Assembly (NCBI RefSeq): GCF_009914755.1
Contig: NC_060930.1
Direction: 5' to 3' (one strand)
Length of the DNA stretch: 64,000 nucleotides
Origin: the human T2T-CHM13v2.0 reference genome, Homo sapiens
Part shown: in pieces, positions 15,320 through 35,731 of the stretch
How the letters are laid out: each line of letters opens with the position of its first letter
Position numbering within the stretch: the stretch's first letter is position 1
The notes under the pieces: generated by a model
What the model was told of the DNA's origin: nothing
Database searches by the model: none
Seen by the model: the letters and a program-made list of their open reading frames with translations, nothing else
Translations under genes and position numbers: made by a program

Positions 15320-16255
15320 TATTAGCAGATGTTTAATAAGCATCTCAAATTTAATGTGTAAAACCCAATCCCTGCTTTAGCTCTCCAAACCAGCTTATTC
15401 CAGCCTTCTTCACTGTAGCAAATGACTAACACATTATTAAAGTTAACAAAACTAAAAATCTTGGAATCCTCCTGGCCTTTCCTCCCCCTGCATCCAATTC
15501 ATCAGGAATTTGGCTCTGTCTTCAAAATATATCCACAATGCAACCTCTTCTTACCACCTCCACTTTCGCCAAACTGGTCCAAGACACCATCTAGTCTGGT
15601 TTATTGCATTGAACCCCTAATTGGCCTTTCCTTCTCAACCCCTCATCCCCCACCCCACTCCCAAAGACAAATCTGAGCAAGAATAATTGTTTGAATGTGT
15701 AAACCAGACCATGCCATGTACATCTCTGCTCAGAACCCTCCAATGGCTTCCCATCTCATCCAAAGTGAAAGCAAAGACCCCTACAATTGTACCCAACACC
15801 CTGCATCATCTGTACTCCACACATACACACATCCTCTCCTGTCACTGTCCTATCTGCCTGCTACCTTCTGCTCACTGTATTCTTCCTGGCCCCAGTGCAT
15901 ACTAAACAAAGCCCTGCCTCAGGCTGCTAGCATAACTCTCTTTTCCTGGAACATTATTTCCACTCCTCACTCCCAAACTCTCTTCAGGTCTCTGCTCAAA
16001 CATTACCTTATCAAAGAGGCCCACTGTAATTACTCCATGTAAAATTGTAGCCACAGCCCAACCATAGAACATCCTTTCTTTTTACCATGTTTGATTTTTC
16101 TCCACAGTACTTCACCCTGTGAAATATATATCTACCTCTTTCTTTGCTCATTGCTAGCTCTGTAGAAAAGGGGGACTTTAACTTTGCAGTATTCTCAGTG
16201 CCAACAAACTTGCCTGGCACAGGTAGCCACTCTAAATATGTGATGAATATTGAGA
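15320..16255 (+). mobile_element. L2 3' portion
   Basis: Contains gcatctcaaatttaatgtgt, ctgctcagaaccctccaatggcttcccat and cctggcacaggtag...aaatat...gaat. Confidence 0.8.
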
Positions 16256-19200
16256 AGTAAGTGTTTGACTTCTGAGTTTGTGGAGTCAGCTTCATGTTAC
16301 CAGGGCAAAGTATCACTTCTAAATTGGCACAATCCCTGTACCTTGAGAATCCCAACAGGCAAAGCCCTGCTGTACCTGGTATGCTATATTTGCCATGGAA
16401 AGGTAATGAAATAAATGAAATTTGCAGCCACAGGGCAGTGTGCAGAGTCATGGTATAGTTATTAAAGGCTTTTTCTGCCCTCACCCACTTCACCCCCAAT
16501 CTATCCTTGCTCTAGGATCATGTGTCATTTAGTTTAGGGTTCTCTGGGGAAAATCTGTTTATTTCAAAGCCTTCCATTCATCCGTCTTGGATCATGGATT
16601 GACCATTGTTTTACTAGGCTTGATTCTCGTCTGTATGACTTCCAAAATTTTCTCAAGGTTTCTACTTGATTAATGATTTCCATCCTTGTGGCATGGAATA
16701 TGTCTATATTTTATTCTTATTTTTATGCTTTTATAGCATTTGAAATATTAGGAAATTGTGTTTTTGAACTGAAACTTTGTTGAGTAATTTTGATAAAGTT
16801 GAACTTTTGGAAAAATAATGAAAGGCCTTGAATAGAATAGTAGCCCTCTGCCAATTGAATAACTTTTAGCTTTTATGTTGACATTTTACACGATTAATTT
16901 TTAAACTTTCTTTTGAATTCTAGAATAAGCAGCAAAAAAGAATTAAAAATCACTTTTTTAGTAAATATATTCAAATATTACTTTAGTAATTTATTTTCTT
17001 TCTTATAAACCCCAAGTGTTTTTTCTTCTTTAATTCTTAATATTTGCAACTGTAACTGGGCTGATCACCAATTAGTGAAATTCAGTGAGTTTGTATCCTA
17101 GTGACTGCAATGGGAAAATACACAGCAAAAATGCAAATGATATTGAAATATCAAATAAAAATATAGGATTCTCAATTAGTGGTTAGTCCTATGCAATAAA
17201 TGCTATATGCAAGACACTTTTTAATCATTTCACTCCTTGCCCTAAAATACATAAAAAGACACCAATAATGTAACCTGTAGTATATTCATTTTTTAATAAT
17301 GAGACTGTTTTATGAACTATAATTATGTCAAATATCAAATGAACATTAAGTAATTATTCTTTAATGCATCTCAAAATTATTTTAAAGAGAAAAAAGTTTC
17401 AAATGTAGAAACTCATTGTTGAACTGTAGCTACTTTGTCATTGGTGAAGTAAGATATTGTGATGATTAGAGAAAATGAGGAAATTAGAATTTGACTTGAC
17501 ACAATGTAGTAAATGTAAGTAAGTCAAAAATATACTTTTATAATTTGTTTTTAAATGTGTGTATTATTTTAAATGTGTACAGAGTAGTTTCTAATATGCA
17601 TTATTTCATGGAATTGTATTCGCACTGGAGTCGTATTAGTTATTACAGGCAAAATTCTTTATAGGTATATAAGAAAAGTGAGGCCAGAGAAGTTTAGTGA
17701 TTTTCTATACATCATAAAGTTGACAGCATGTGGTTGAAAATCCAGGGCACATACCTCAGAGCTCCTGACTTTTAAAATAAGATCATTTGATTAATTTATG
17801 TCAAGATAAATTATTGTTATAAAAATTTTATGCTGCTTATAACAGATTTTAAAGGAAATATCAAATTTTTTTTGTTAATTCCTTCACTTTGCTGTTTGCT
17901 TGGGTGACATGAGCCATGCTTAATTTTCATGGTGCTTTTGCTCAGCCTTTATAGTGCTGAAAGTATAGTAAGCACTCAGTGAACTTTGAATGAATGAGTG
18001 AATGAATGAATGGCACTTCTCTGTACCTTTTTTTTCCTTAATTATGTTGTTTTGAAACTCCAGTGTTTAAAACTATAAAACATAATTTTGTATTTTAGGA
18101 TATGTTTCCTAAAATAAAATCATTAGAACTGTACTTAGCTATTGTTGTGGAGCTGTCTTATCAAACCTATGATCTCTGGCTTTGCATTCTCTACTCTATT
18201 CAGATTTTATGGTATGAGAGGGATGTTTGGTCTTCTTCCTCACACAAAGTTCTAGAAGATACTTGAGTTGAGCAGAATAAAAAGAGGCTCCCACCAGCTT
18301 TTTTGTTTATCCATGTCCAAATATAAATTACCTACTGAACGCTGCATATATGATAAGTGGAAACAGATAAATTTTATTGTTTTGGACCATTCACTCAAAT
18401 CTTTCAAGTAACCCAGTTTCTGTTTCATGAATGTTTCTTAATCTTACACTTCTTGGTCAGTGATTTATTATTAATTGGAATGTATTGCTTAAATTCATAC
18501 CTTTGATTGGCATATGAGTTTGATTACAGACATTCAATTTTCTTAGACATACCTAAAATAGCACATTTTTAACAAAGAATAGTATTATTAGAAACTGATT
18601 TCATCCATTATTTTAATTCACTTTTTTATTAGAAAGAGCATCTATTGAGAATTCTGTGACCTAAATACATAATGTATATAGTATTTTTGCTATCCTTCGT
18701 ATGTCAATCAAATGTACAGTGTCAAGTTGATGAATTTACAAAGCGATTAAATTTGTTACCTATATTTGAGATTGCCTTTATCTAGGTTTGTCAATGCTCT
18801 GTAAGAATTTCTTCCCGCTTAGACTTTTGGTTAATGCATTAGAAAGTATTTGAGTAAATATAATTTTCTAAAATAATATTATTCCATAATAAGTTACCCT
18901 ATGTTTTTGTGATTTTTAAAGGCTTTTGCTGGTGTTATTTTTGCTTTTTAATTTCAGGAAGCTAAAACTTTGTAACAAATTGTACTATGTGAATTGGATA
19001 TAGCAAATAACTAATTTCCTACATCTCACTCAACTGTGGGATTAATATTATTTAATGTATGGTATATATGCAAAAATCACAGCTCGAGGTTCATTAATAT
19101 CCTTTATTTCTTTTTTCATATCTTTTATTTCTTATATTAAGATGCTTTCATTTGAACCCAGCTTTTTTTTGCTTGCATTCACAGAAACCTTCAAAAATAT

Positions 19201-19899
19201 CTTTAAAATATTTCATTCTAAATTGTGTTACAGATATAATTGTACATGTTTAAACATATTTTAGAACTAGAGACTATGGCTAGCAGAAATAATTCTTACT
19301 GACAATATAAATATGTAATTACTATATATTTTTGTTTAGGAATAGTATACATCTTTTCTATTCCTACTTAATGTATTTCTTGTGACATTGCTGAGATGAC
19401 TACTGAGGCAGTCTGGACTAGAGTGAGAAGCACTGCAGTGAATGCTAGAGAATCTGAGTTTAGTCACAATCTAAACTGTCTTCTAAGGATTGGCAACTCA
19501 CTTGAAGTATCTCTGCCTCAACTTTTATACAGAAAAATAGGCAGTACCCAACACCAGTTCTCTTACTGTTTGGCTTAGACCATGGTGAGCTTTATTAGGT
19601 TGGTAACAAGAGTCATCAAGATGTGTAAGTACAGATGTTGGGGGAAGGGATGTTGTCACATCAGAAACTAATTCTGAGTGGGGGTCAAGGTGTACAAAAA
19701 CGAGATGAAAGAGAACTAGCTCAAAGACCATTGTCAGAATCCAAGAAAACTGGAAGTAGTCTGAAGACAGTTGTACTGTTTCATATAAATGTAACACAGG
19801 ATGCAGTTCCACAAATTTATACTCACATGATTTACTCTTTCAAATCCCCACTTACTTACATTTAGGCAACTATTTAATCATCTTAATTTCCCTACTTTA

Positions 19900-20611
19900 T
19901 AGAGGTCTGCAAACTTTTTCTGTAAAGGATGAGAGAGTAAATATCTTAGGCTTTGTGAGCTTTACAGTCTCAGTTACAACTACTCACATTTGTCTTTATG
20001 CCTCTATATAGCCATAGATAATACAAATAGATGTGGCCATGATCCAATAAATTTACATATGGAAACTGAAATTTTATGTGTCATGAAATATCAATTTTTA
20101 AATTTCTTCTCTCACCATTAAAATATAATAGCTATTAATTTACAAAACATTACCATTGAAAATATCACCAATTGTGGAGGCAGACATTTTTGGACTAATA
20201 TTTATTGAGCACATAATATTGTTACAGTGCTGTCAGTTGTAAGTGTGTGTGTATATCATAAATTCGTGTGTTTTTATTTAATCATCATGACAACCTTATT
20301 AATATCTCCATGTGACAGATGAGAAAATTGAGTCACAACCCAATTGCTCCAGGTCATGTTTGATTTGCTCTATGCTTGTCTTGGAGAATTCCGTTCCTCA
20401 TATCTGGTCACTTTAAACTCTAAGCAAGTGTATACAAATCTTCTGAGGTGCTTGTTTAAAGGTAGATTTGTTGGTGTCACTCCCAGAAATTTTAATTCAG
20501 TAGGTTTGGAATGGGGCTAAAAAATCTGCATTTCTTTCTCTTAGTTCCTGGGCCATAGAAAATGGATGGCAGGCAGGATTTGGCCTGTAGGTCATAAGTT
20601 TCTGACCCCTC
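19900..20611 (+). mobile_element. MER58B-like hAT MITE interrupted by a ~400 bp insert
   Basis: Termini gaggtctgcaaactttttctgtaaagg and ggatttggcctgtagg...ctgacccct; consensus broken at about 20135 and resumed at about 20535. Confidence 0.75.
20135..20535. repeat. Copy 1 of dispersed three-copy segment (MIR plus MER5-like composite)
   Basis: Aligns by eye with 35732-36080 and 36196-36400 (cagacatttttggactaatatttattg ... gagaaaattgagtca ... caattgctccagg). Confidence 0.9.
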
Positions 20612-20680
20612 TTTAGTACAATAGCTCTCTCTTCTGATCATTACTGCCAATCAGTCCTAAGTGGAACAAAAGAAGCAGTA

Positions 20681-20815
20681 AGAATGTTCTGTAAGTATCT
20701 GTTAAGTCTGTTTGTTCTCTGGTATAGTTTAAGTCTATTGTTTCTTTGTTGACTTTCTCTCTTGATGATCTGTCTAGTCCTGTCGGTGGAATATTAAAGC
20801 CTCTCACTATTATGG
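20681..20815 (-). mobile_element. Inverted 5' segment of L1PB-type element (twin priming)
   Basis: Antisense EN-domain sequence directly joined to the sense EN sequence that follows it in L1 order. Confidence 0.85.
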
Positions 20816-22989
20816 TTCTCATCAGCACATGTAACATTCTCCAAGATAGACCAAAACAAGTCTAAATAAATTTAAGAAAATTGAAATCATATCAAGTATC
20901 TTCTCAGACCACAGTGGAATAAAACTGGAAAGCAACTCTAAAAGGAACCCTCAAAACTATAGAAATACATGGAAATTAAATAATATACTCTTGAAAATTA
21001 TATTTAGGTTAACAATGAAATGAAGATGGAATTAAAAAATTCTTTGAAATGAATGGTAGTAGTAACACAACTTATCAAAACCTCTGGGATACAGCAAAAG
21101 CAATGTTAAGAGGAAAGTTCATAGCGTTAAATGCCTGCATCAAAAAGTCTGAAATACCACAAATAGACAACCTAATGTCACATCTCAAGGAACTAGAGAA
21201 ACAAGAATAAACTCAACCCAAACCTAACAGAAGAAAAGAAATAACAAAGATCAGAGCAAAACTAAATGAAATTGAAGTAAAATAATACAAAAGAGATATG
21301 AAACTAAAAATCAATTATTTAAAAAGATATACAAAATCAATAGACCATTGGTAAGATTAACCAACAAAAGAAGAAATAAGATCCAAATATGCCCAATTAC
21401 AAACAAAACTGGAGATATTATGACTGATACCACAGAAATACAAAAGATCATTCAAAGCTACTATAAAAACCATTATGCACACAAACTGGAAAATCTAGAA
21501 GAGATGGATACATTCCTGGAAATATACAATACTTCTAGATTAAATCAGGAAGATATAGAAACCCAGAACAGATCAATAACAAGCAGTGGTATCTGCCATT
21601 ATAGGAGGTTTTTTCCACTGATTCCCCCTGTTATTTTTTTTTTATTTTTCAGTAATTAAAAAAAATTGCCAGTAAGTAAAAGTCCAGGGCCAGATGGAAT
21701 CACAGCTGAATTCTATCAGGCACTCAAAGAATTGGTACCAATATTACCGAAACTATTCCAAAAGATATAGAAAGATGGAATCCTCCCTAAACGTTCTATG
21801 AAGCCAGTATTACCCTAATACCAAAACCAGGAAAGGACATAACAAAGAAAGAAAACTATGGACTGATATTCCTGATGAACATAGATGCAAAAATCTTCAA
21901 CAAAATACTAGCTAACTAAATCCAACAGCATATCAAAAAGATAATACATCATGATCAAGTGGGTTTCATACCAGGTATGCAGGGATGTTTTAACATAAGC
22001 AGGTCAATAAATGTGATACATCACATATACAGAAGTAAAACAAAAATCATATGATTATCTCAATAGATGTAGAAAAAGCATTTCACAAAATCCAGCATTC
22101 CTTTACGATAAAAATCCTCAACAACATAGTCATAAAAGGTACCTACTTCAAAGTAATAAAAGCCCTATATGATGGATCCACAATGAACATTATACTGAGT
22201 GGGGAAAAGTTGAAAGCATTTCCACTGAGAACTGAAACAAGACAAGGATACCCACTTTCACCACTTCCATTCAGCATCATACTGGAAGTCCTGGCCAGAC
22301 CAATCAGACAAGAGAAAGAAATAAAGGACATCCAAATTGGAAAAGAGAAAGTCAAACAGTTGCTGTTCGCCAATGATATGATTGTATACCTAAAAAACCT
22401 TAAAGACTCATCCAAAAAGCTCCTAGAGCTTATAAACGAATTCAGTGAAGTCTCAGGATACAAAATAAATGTACACAAATCAGTGACACTGCTACACACC
22501 AACAATGACTGAGCTGAGAATCAAATAAAGACCTCAATCCCTTTCACAACAGCTGCAAAAAATTTATAAAATACTTAACCAAGCAGGTAAAAGACCTGTA
22601 CAAGGAAAGTGCAAAATGCTGCCAAAAAAATAATAGATGACACACAAAAAATGAAAACACATCCCATGCTCATGGATGAGTAGAATCAATATTGTGAAAA
22701 TGACAATAATACCCAAAGCAATCTACAGATTTAGGGCAATTCCCATCATCATTCTTCACAGAATTAGAAAACACAATTCTAAAATTTATATGGAACCAAA
22801 AAAGAGCCTGAATAGCCAAAGCAACACTTAGAAAAGAGAACAAATCTGGAAGCATCACATTACCCAACTTCAAATTATACTACAAGGCAATAGTTACTAA
22901 AACAGCATGGTACTGGTATAAAAATAGACCAGTGGAACACAATAGAGAATCAAGACATAAAGCCAAATACTTATAGCCAACTGATTTTT
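20816..22989 (+). mobile_element. L1PB-type ORF2 (EN end to RT), left part
   Basis: Degenerate ORF2 fragments 21348-21659 and 22051-22512 (FANDMIVY). Confidence 0.92.
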
Positions 22990-29453
<6,464 letters not shown>

Positions 29454-30307
29454 AGCCAACTGATCTTTAATAAAGCATACAAGAACAAAAATTGGAGAAA
29501 GGGCACCCTGTTCAATAAATGGTACTGGGAAAACTGACAAGCCACATGTAGAAGAATGAAACTTGATCCTCACTTCTTACCTTAAACAAAAATCAGCTCA
29601 AGATGAATCAAAGACTTAAATCTAAGACCTGAAACCATAAGTATTCTGGAAGATAACATTGGAAAAACTCTTCTAGACATTAGTTTGGCAAAAAGTTCAT
29701 GACTAAGACCCCAAAAGCAAATGCAACAAAAACAGTAATGAATAAATGGGACATAATTAAACTGAAAAGCTTCTGCACAACAAAAGAAATAATCAGCAGA
29801 GTAAGCCGACAACCCACAAAATAGGGGAAGAGCTTCACAAACTATGCATTCAACAAAGGACTAATATCCTAAATCTACAAGGAACTCAAACAAATCAACA
29901 AGAAAAACAAAAAAAAAATAATTCCATCAAAACATGGGCAAAGAATGTGAATAGACAGTTCTCAAAAGAAGATATACAAGTGGCAAACAAATATATGAAA
30001 AAATGCTCAGCATCACTGATTATCAGGAAAATGTAAATTAAAACCACAATGATATACCACCTGCAAGAATGGCTGTAATTAAAAAGTTAAAAAAAAAAAA
30101 AAAAAAAAAAGATGGTGACCTGGATGTGGTGAATAAGGAACACTGCTACACTGCTGGTAGGAAGGTAAACTAGTACAACTATGGAAAACAGTTTGGAGAT
30201 TCCTTAAACAACTAAAAGTTGAAGTGCCATATGATTCAGCAATCCCACTACTGGGTATCTACCAAAGGAAAGAAGTCATTATGTGAAAAAGATACACGCA
30301 CATGCAT
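29454..30307 (+). mobile_element. L1PB-type ORF2, right part, 3' end missing
   Basis: Continues collinearly from 22989 and stops at gatacacgcacatgcat, before the ORF2 end and 3'UTR. Confidence 0.9.
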
Positions 30308-30797
30308 AATTTTGAGAATGAAGATCCAGTTTGCATAATTTTGAGAATGAAGATCCAAAGTTCCTTCTCAAAGCTTCTCTATATTCATGTTTTATAAATT
30401 TGCTTATATCAGAGAAGAAACACCTACCCCAATGAATATTTCCCCATCACCAGAGTATTTTTCCATATATTTTGGTGCGTAGTGATGGTATTATTGATGT
30501 TAATATTTTATATTTGTCTCTTTTCAGCAAAAGGAAAATATCAGTAGTTTTTAATTTGTGAGCTTCAATTTACTTCACCAACTATATCTGCATTCTTCTT
30601 TCTCAGAGGCTAATACCAGTACATGCTGTGATGTTTTTTTTTTCCTCCTTGTGTGTTTTGTGTCACTTGTGTATATTCCGCTGAAATGTATTCTGTTTTT
30701 CAACTTTTAGGGATAAAAACTGTGCAGTGTACATAAAGTTATTTAAATTATCTTAATTGATTTTCATTAACTTAATTATGTCTTGAGAATTTATTTT

Positions 30798-31783
30798 GTG
30801 AGGCCAGCAAGGAATTCAGTCTCAGTAATCATTGAAATTTAGTCCTCCAATTCTCCCAGGACCTCAGAGACATGCCTTATATAGACACTATCAAAGCATT
30901 ATAAAGGCCCCTCCAGTCATCAATTCTACACTGGCTAGTACAGACACTCTCCAGAGGTTCTGTGCCTTACTTGAAGCATGGCTATGTTTGATGAAGCTGA
31001 GGCCCTGTTCCTCTGGTCCAGCTTTTGAGGGAAATATAATTAAAAATAAAATCTTCTTCCAACCCAGAAATCTTCTCCATGAAGGTAGTAGAGAAAGAAA
31101 ACACTTTTTTGTTGAATAAGCATTAAGCCAATATGTGATGCCTATCACAGGCAATCTGCTGAGATTGCAGAGACAGAAATAAATCTTACGCTTACATACA
31201 ACCAAGTAGGTACAACCCACTCCATACATGATCTCAAGATTAAAAATAACTAATCCTCTAGTAAGAAGACTTGGCAGCAGCAGTTAGCGCACATAGTTTG
31301 CCCTAAATTGGTAATTTGGGTAAATTGATAACTAATGTATGTCAGGGAATTGGCTTTGTCCAAAGGGAAAATAAGCTTCTCCTATCCTTATGACAAGAGG
31401 TTATTTGGCAATGTGGAGCAAGGTGCCTGCTGAAGTTAGACTACTCTTCCTCACAAACCTAGAGAGGGGCGCTATCTTCCTGGATGATTGCATTTCAAAC
31501 AGATGGCTCCAGGTCCTTAAAAAAGACAATACTGGGTATTAAAGCTGGCAAAAGTCTTATTTAACCTTAAAAAAGATGTACATACATTTCAAAGGACAGA
31601 GAAATTTTGAATTAAATGCTCCAAGAAAACCAGAGAAGGAGGGAGTCCTTTCACTTACTTTTAAGAAGGAAAACTGTCTCTTCCTCTCCTCTCCACTTCC
31701 TTCCCCTCCCCTCCCCGCTTCTTGTCCTTTTTTAAAAAAAAATTGTATTTGCCCCCTTTAAAAAAAATGTATTTGCCCTTACA
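30798..31783 (-). mobile_element. Probable old ERV LTR (family and left boundary uncertain)
   Basis: Ends ...tgtatttgcccttaca (TGTAAGGGCAAAT on minus strand); ttgcatttcaaa...gatggctcc block typical of MER67/MER89-like LTRs. Confidence 0.5.
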
Positions 31784-34653
31784 GAGCTTCCCTATACCCA
31801 GAACACAGCCATCCTCTTAAAAGTGTTACCACATTTCCCAGGACATGACTAGCTAACCATGAGTGAGTCTCTGCTGGTCCCCAGGCTGCCAGCCTCCAGT
31901 TTCTTCAAGAATGGGGAATCTTCCAGGATTCCTCTCTTAAAATTCACAATGTGTTTTCTATTGTACAGAAAAAATAAGAAGTCCCTGAGACAAATAAATC
32001 AAGAATATTTAATATTTTGTCTGATTTGAATGTGACTTTAAAAATCCAGGAACAACAAACACAGATTAGTATCTTAAATTACTTTCCACCACACCACTAT
32101 CATTACTTTTACTCCTTAAATATGTTTGAAATAAACCAAACTGACCAGACACAGCAATTTTTTTGTGGAAATATTTCTTCCTTCTGTAGCTTTACTACCG
32201 TATACATCATTGAGGTGTTAATTTCCTTTGTGAGAATAATATTCATCTTTAATATTCCCACATTGCATACAGTAATTCCAGATCATTTTATGACATTAAA
32301 TCAACTCAGAATCTGTAACATAGCATAATTATTGTTCCCATTTCATTACTGCCTTTAACAAATTTTACAGATGTTTCCTCCACATTTTAAATTGTTTCCT
32401 TCAAAATTGTTTTTAATATTCTTTGTTAGCTCTTCTGGACTCCAGGAAGCCTGTGTCTTTTTATCTGTCTTGCCCTAAAATTATCTTTGAAAAGTTAAAC
32501 TGGTGGCAAGTTTACATATGGTTAAAGAACCATTTATATTGATCTATCCTTATGAAATATTATCTGTGAAGCATCATAATATTCCATAATTACCTCAGCA
32601 GCATGTGAATCTGTGTGTCAAATGGCATATACATTTCACTATATAGAGAATTAATAATTTTCACTGGGTATAAGAGGTAGCCATGTTTAGGATGATGAGA
32701 TTAGTGACACACTAGGAGTTGGATCATTTTGGTCTGAGTTGCAGTCCTGTCACCTGAAAAAAGAAAAATCACAGCTTCCCTAGATTTTTTTGCTTACTTG
32801 TAAAAATAAGAACAACAGTATTACCCAATACATACTTCTCAGAGCTATTGAGCAGATAGAAGTAGTAAGAAATTTCTAACGTCAGATTATATTTTATAAG
32901 TATAAGAGTTTTCTAGTTTATGTTTTCTTGCATATGATTTGGATTCTAAGTAGAACAGAAAGATCTAGATAAGCCTTAATCAGTACTGCTCATTTAATGC
33001 AGATGGGACCCTATGTGATTTACTTCTCTTAAAATGTATTAAACCAGAGAAAACTGCTAAAAAAAAAACGCACAGTTCAGCTTTGTTGGCTTGTAATCTT
33101 TGTGGTAAAATGGTAACTGCATTCAACCGTTACTTTAGGGCTGCCTGACCAAATGGTCTCGAGAAACATACATGAATTTTAATAAACAAAACATGGCCTG
33201 GTAGGTCACAGTGCAAAACTAGATCATTTGTAACTTATGATTTCTGTTCAATTATTGTGATGTATGACTTTTCTATGACTCCTTCTTTACAAGTTTTCTT
33301 TTCTACCTACATTATTTCAGGATAATATCATTTTCAGTCTTGTAAAATAAGTAGAATTAAAACCAGTTTAATAAGTTGATTTTAGTTAGAAATCTCAACC
33401 GATTTTGTTTCACTTACTCTGGAAAAATATATTTATTTATTTATTTACTTTATCTTGCTGGCTATTTTGAAGTTGAAATTATTGTTTTCTCTGAATGCAC
33501 CAATTATTTGTGTGAGCCCAAACTCTCTGACTAGATGATTATTCCAGAAACCTTATTATTTAATATGTTGAATGACATTTACTTTTATGTGGTGTAAGCC
33601 ATTCCCAGCTACTTTTTTTCTGAATGTATTATTTTGTATACTCGCCTTACTTTTCAGAGAAAATCATTTTTTACCTTATTCATATATTCATTTCTTTTCT
33701 GTGAGGTTTGAATATTTTTAGGTCAAAATTTAACAGTGCTACTGCTGTGCCATTAAGCGTAAATTGTGTATATTCTGCTTCTGTTTTTAAAGTATAATAT
33801 CAAGATAGGAACCGATTATGAAAGTAGGTCATAATGAGGGATAATCTCCTTAGAGACATGTGTTTTGGGGATATTGTGCTGCTTGATCCACTAAATTCTA
33901 TTATGGTAGCAGCAAGATGATAGTGTTATTGGAAATTTTTAGTTTAGTCCTTTTATTGTTTTAGTTATTATCTTTTCTTCCACCAACACCACATTGCTTT
34001 GAAATATATTTTGGAATACATATATGATAGACATTTGTGTTGCAGGAAAATATTATGTCCCACAACTATTTGGGGAGTTCATAAAAGGTAAAAATATTGA
34101 CATTTTGATATGCCTTGAGGAAAATACACTAAGGCACTGAAAAATAATATTTATAAGCCCATAGTAAGAGATACAAAGGCCAGGCATTTCTTTGCAAAAA
34201 TAAAGAAATTGGCAAAATATTTATCAAAAAGCCTTGAGAGACTCCCCAAAACAGGAAATATTCTATCTTGTTATTTCAAAGAAATTCAACAGTTCAGAAA
34301 GTGCAAAGTTAAAAATGAGAGGGAAAGAAGGAAATAGAAATTGATCAATTTGGTTTCCCAGGCATTGATTAATTTCCTATGGTGTTCTTAATATATCTTT
34401 TTGACTTGGTTCCTTCCTTTCTAATAGAGAAAGTACCATCTCCTACATCTGTTGATATTTCAAACTGTGATTGGAAAGGAGAGATTCATTAATCTTCATT
34501 CTTCAACATTAAGAGAGTTAGAACTCTCCTATACTGAGCATAGTGGAAAGTGGACCTGTTTCTCTCTAAAGATAAAGTAGGAGTATGATGACCTAACAAC
34601 TGTGACTAAATTAGCATTATTGACAATTAGTGTCAATAATATCATAAAGTTAA

Positions 34654-35729
34654 TATCAGGGAAACCTGCCCCGATAGTCACGTAGGTTCTTTTCTGTTTT
34701 CCCTAAGTGTCGGCAGGTTTGAGAAATAAAGGGACAGAGTACAAAAGAGAGAAATTTTAAAGCTGGGCGTCCGGGGGAGACATCACATGTCGGTATGTTC
34801 CGTGATGTCCCACAAGCCACAAAACCAGCATGTTTTTATTAGGGACTTTCAAAAGGGGAGGGAGTGTACCGATAGGGTGTGGGTCACAAAGATCACGTAC
34901 TTCACAAGGTAATAGAATATCACAAGGCAAATGGAGGCAGGGCGAGATCACAGGACCACAGGACTGGGGCAAAATTAAAATTGCTAATGAAGTTTTGGGC
35001 ACCATTGTCATTGATAACATCTTATCAGGAGACAGGGCTTTGAGAGCAACTGGTCTGACCAAAATTTATTAGGCAGGAATTTCCTCTTCCTAATAAGCCT
35101 GGGAGCACTATGGGAGACTGGGGTTTATTTCATCCCTACAGTCTCGACCATAAAAGATGACCACACCCAAGGGGGCCGTGTATAGACCCACCCCCAGGCG
35201 CATATTCTCTTTCCCAGGGATGTTCCTTGCTGAGAAAAACAATTCAGTGATATTTCTCCCATTTGCTTTTGAAAGAAGAGAAATATGGCTCTGTTCTGCC
35301 CAGCTCACTGGCGGTCAGAGTTTAAGGTTATCTCTCTTGTTCCCTAAACATTGTTGTTATCCTGTTCTTTTTTCAAGGTGCCAAGATTTCATATTGTTTA
35401 AATACACGTGCTCTACAATTTGTGCAGTTAACGCAATTATCACAAGGTCCTGAGGCGACATACATCCTCCTCTGTTTAGGAGATGACAGGATTAAGAGAT
35501 TAAAGTAAAGACAGGCATAGGAAATCACAAGGGTATTGATTGGGGAAGTGATAAGTGTCCATGAAATCTTCACAATTTAAGTTTAGAGATTGCAGTAAAG
35601 ACAGGCATAAGAAATTATAAAAGTATTAATTTGGGGAACTAATAAATGTCATGATATCTTCACAATCCATGTTCTTCTGCCATGGCTTCAGTCAGTCCCT
35701 CTGTTTGGGGTCCCTGACTTCCCACAACA
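34654..35729 (-). mobile_element. MER11 solo LTR (HERV-K HML-8), 1076 bp
   Basis: Minus strand starts TGTTGTGGGAAGTCAGGGACCCC; 6-bp TSD agttaa at 34648-34653 and 35730-35735. Confidence 0.93.
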
Positions 35730-35731
35730 AG

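Noticed and set aside
14992-16499. Cluster of 70-160 aa ORFs
   Set aside because: They overlap L2 and other degraded repeat sequence and show no recognisable domain.
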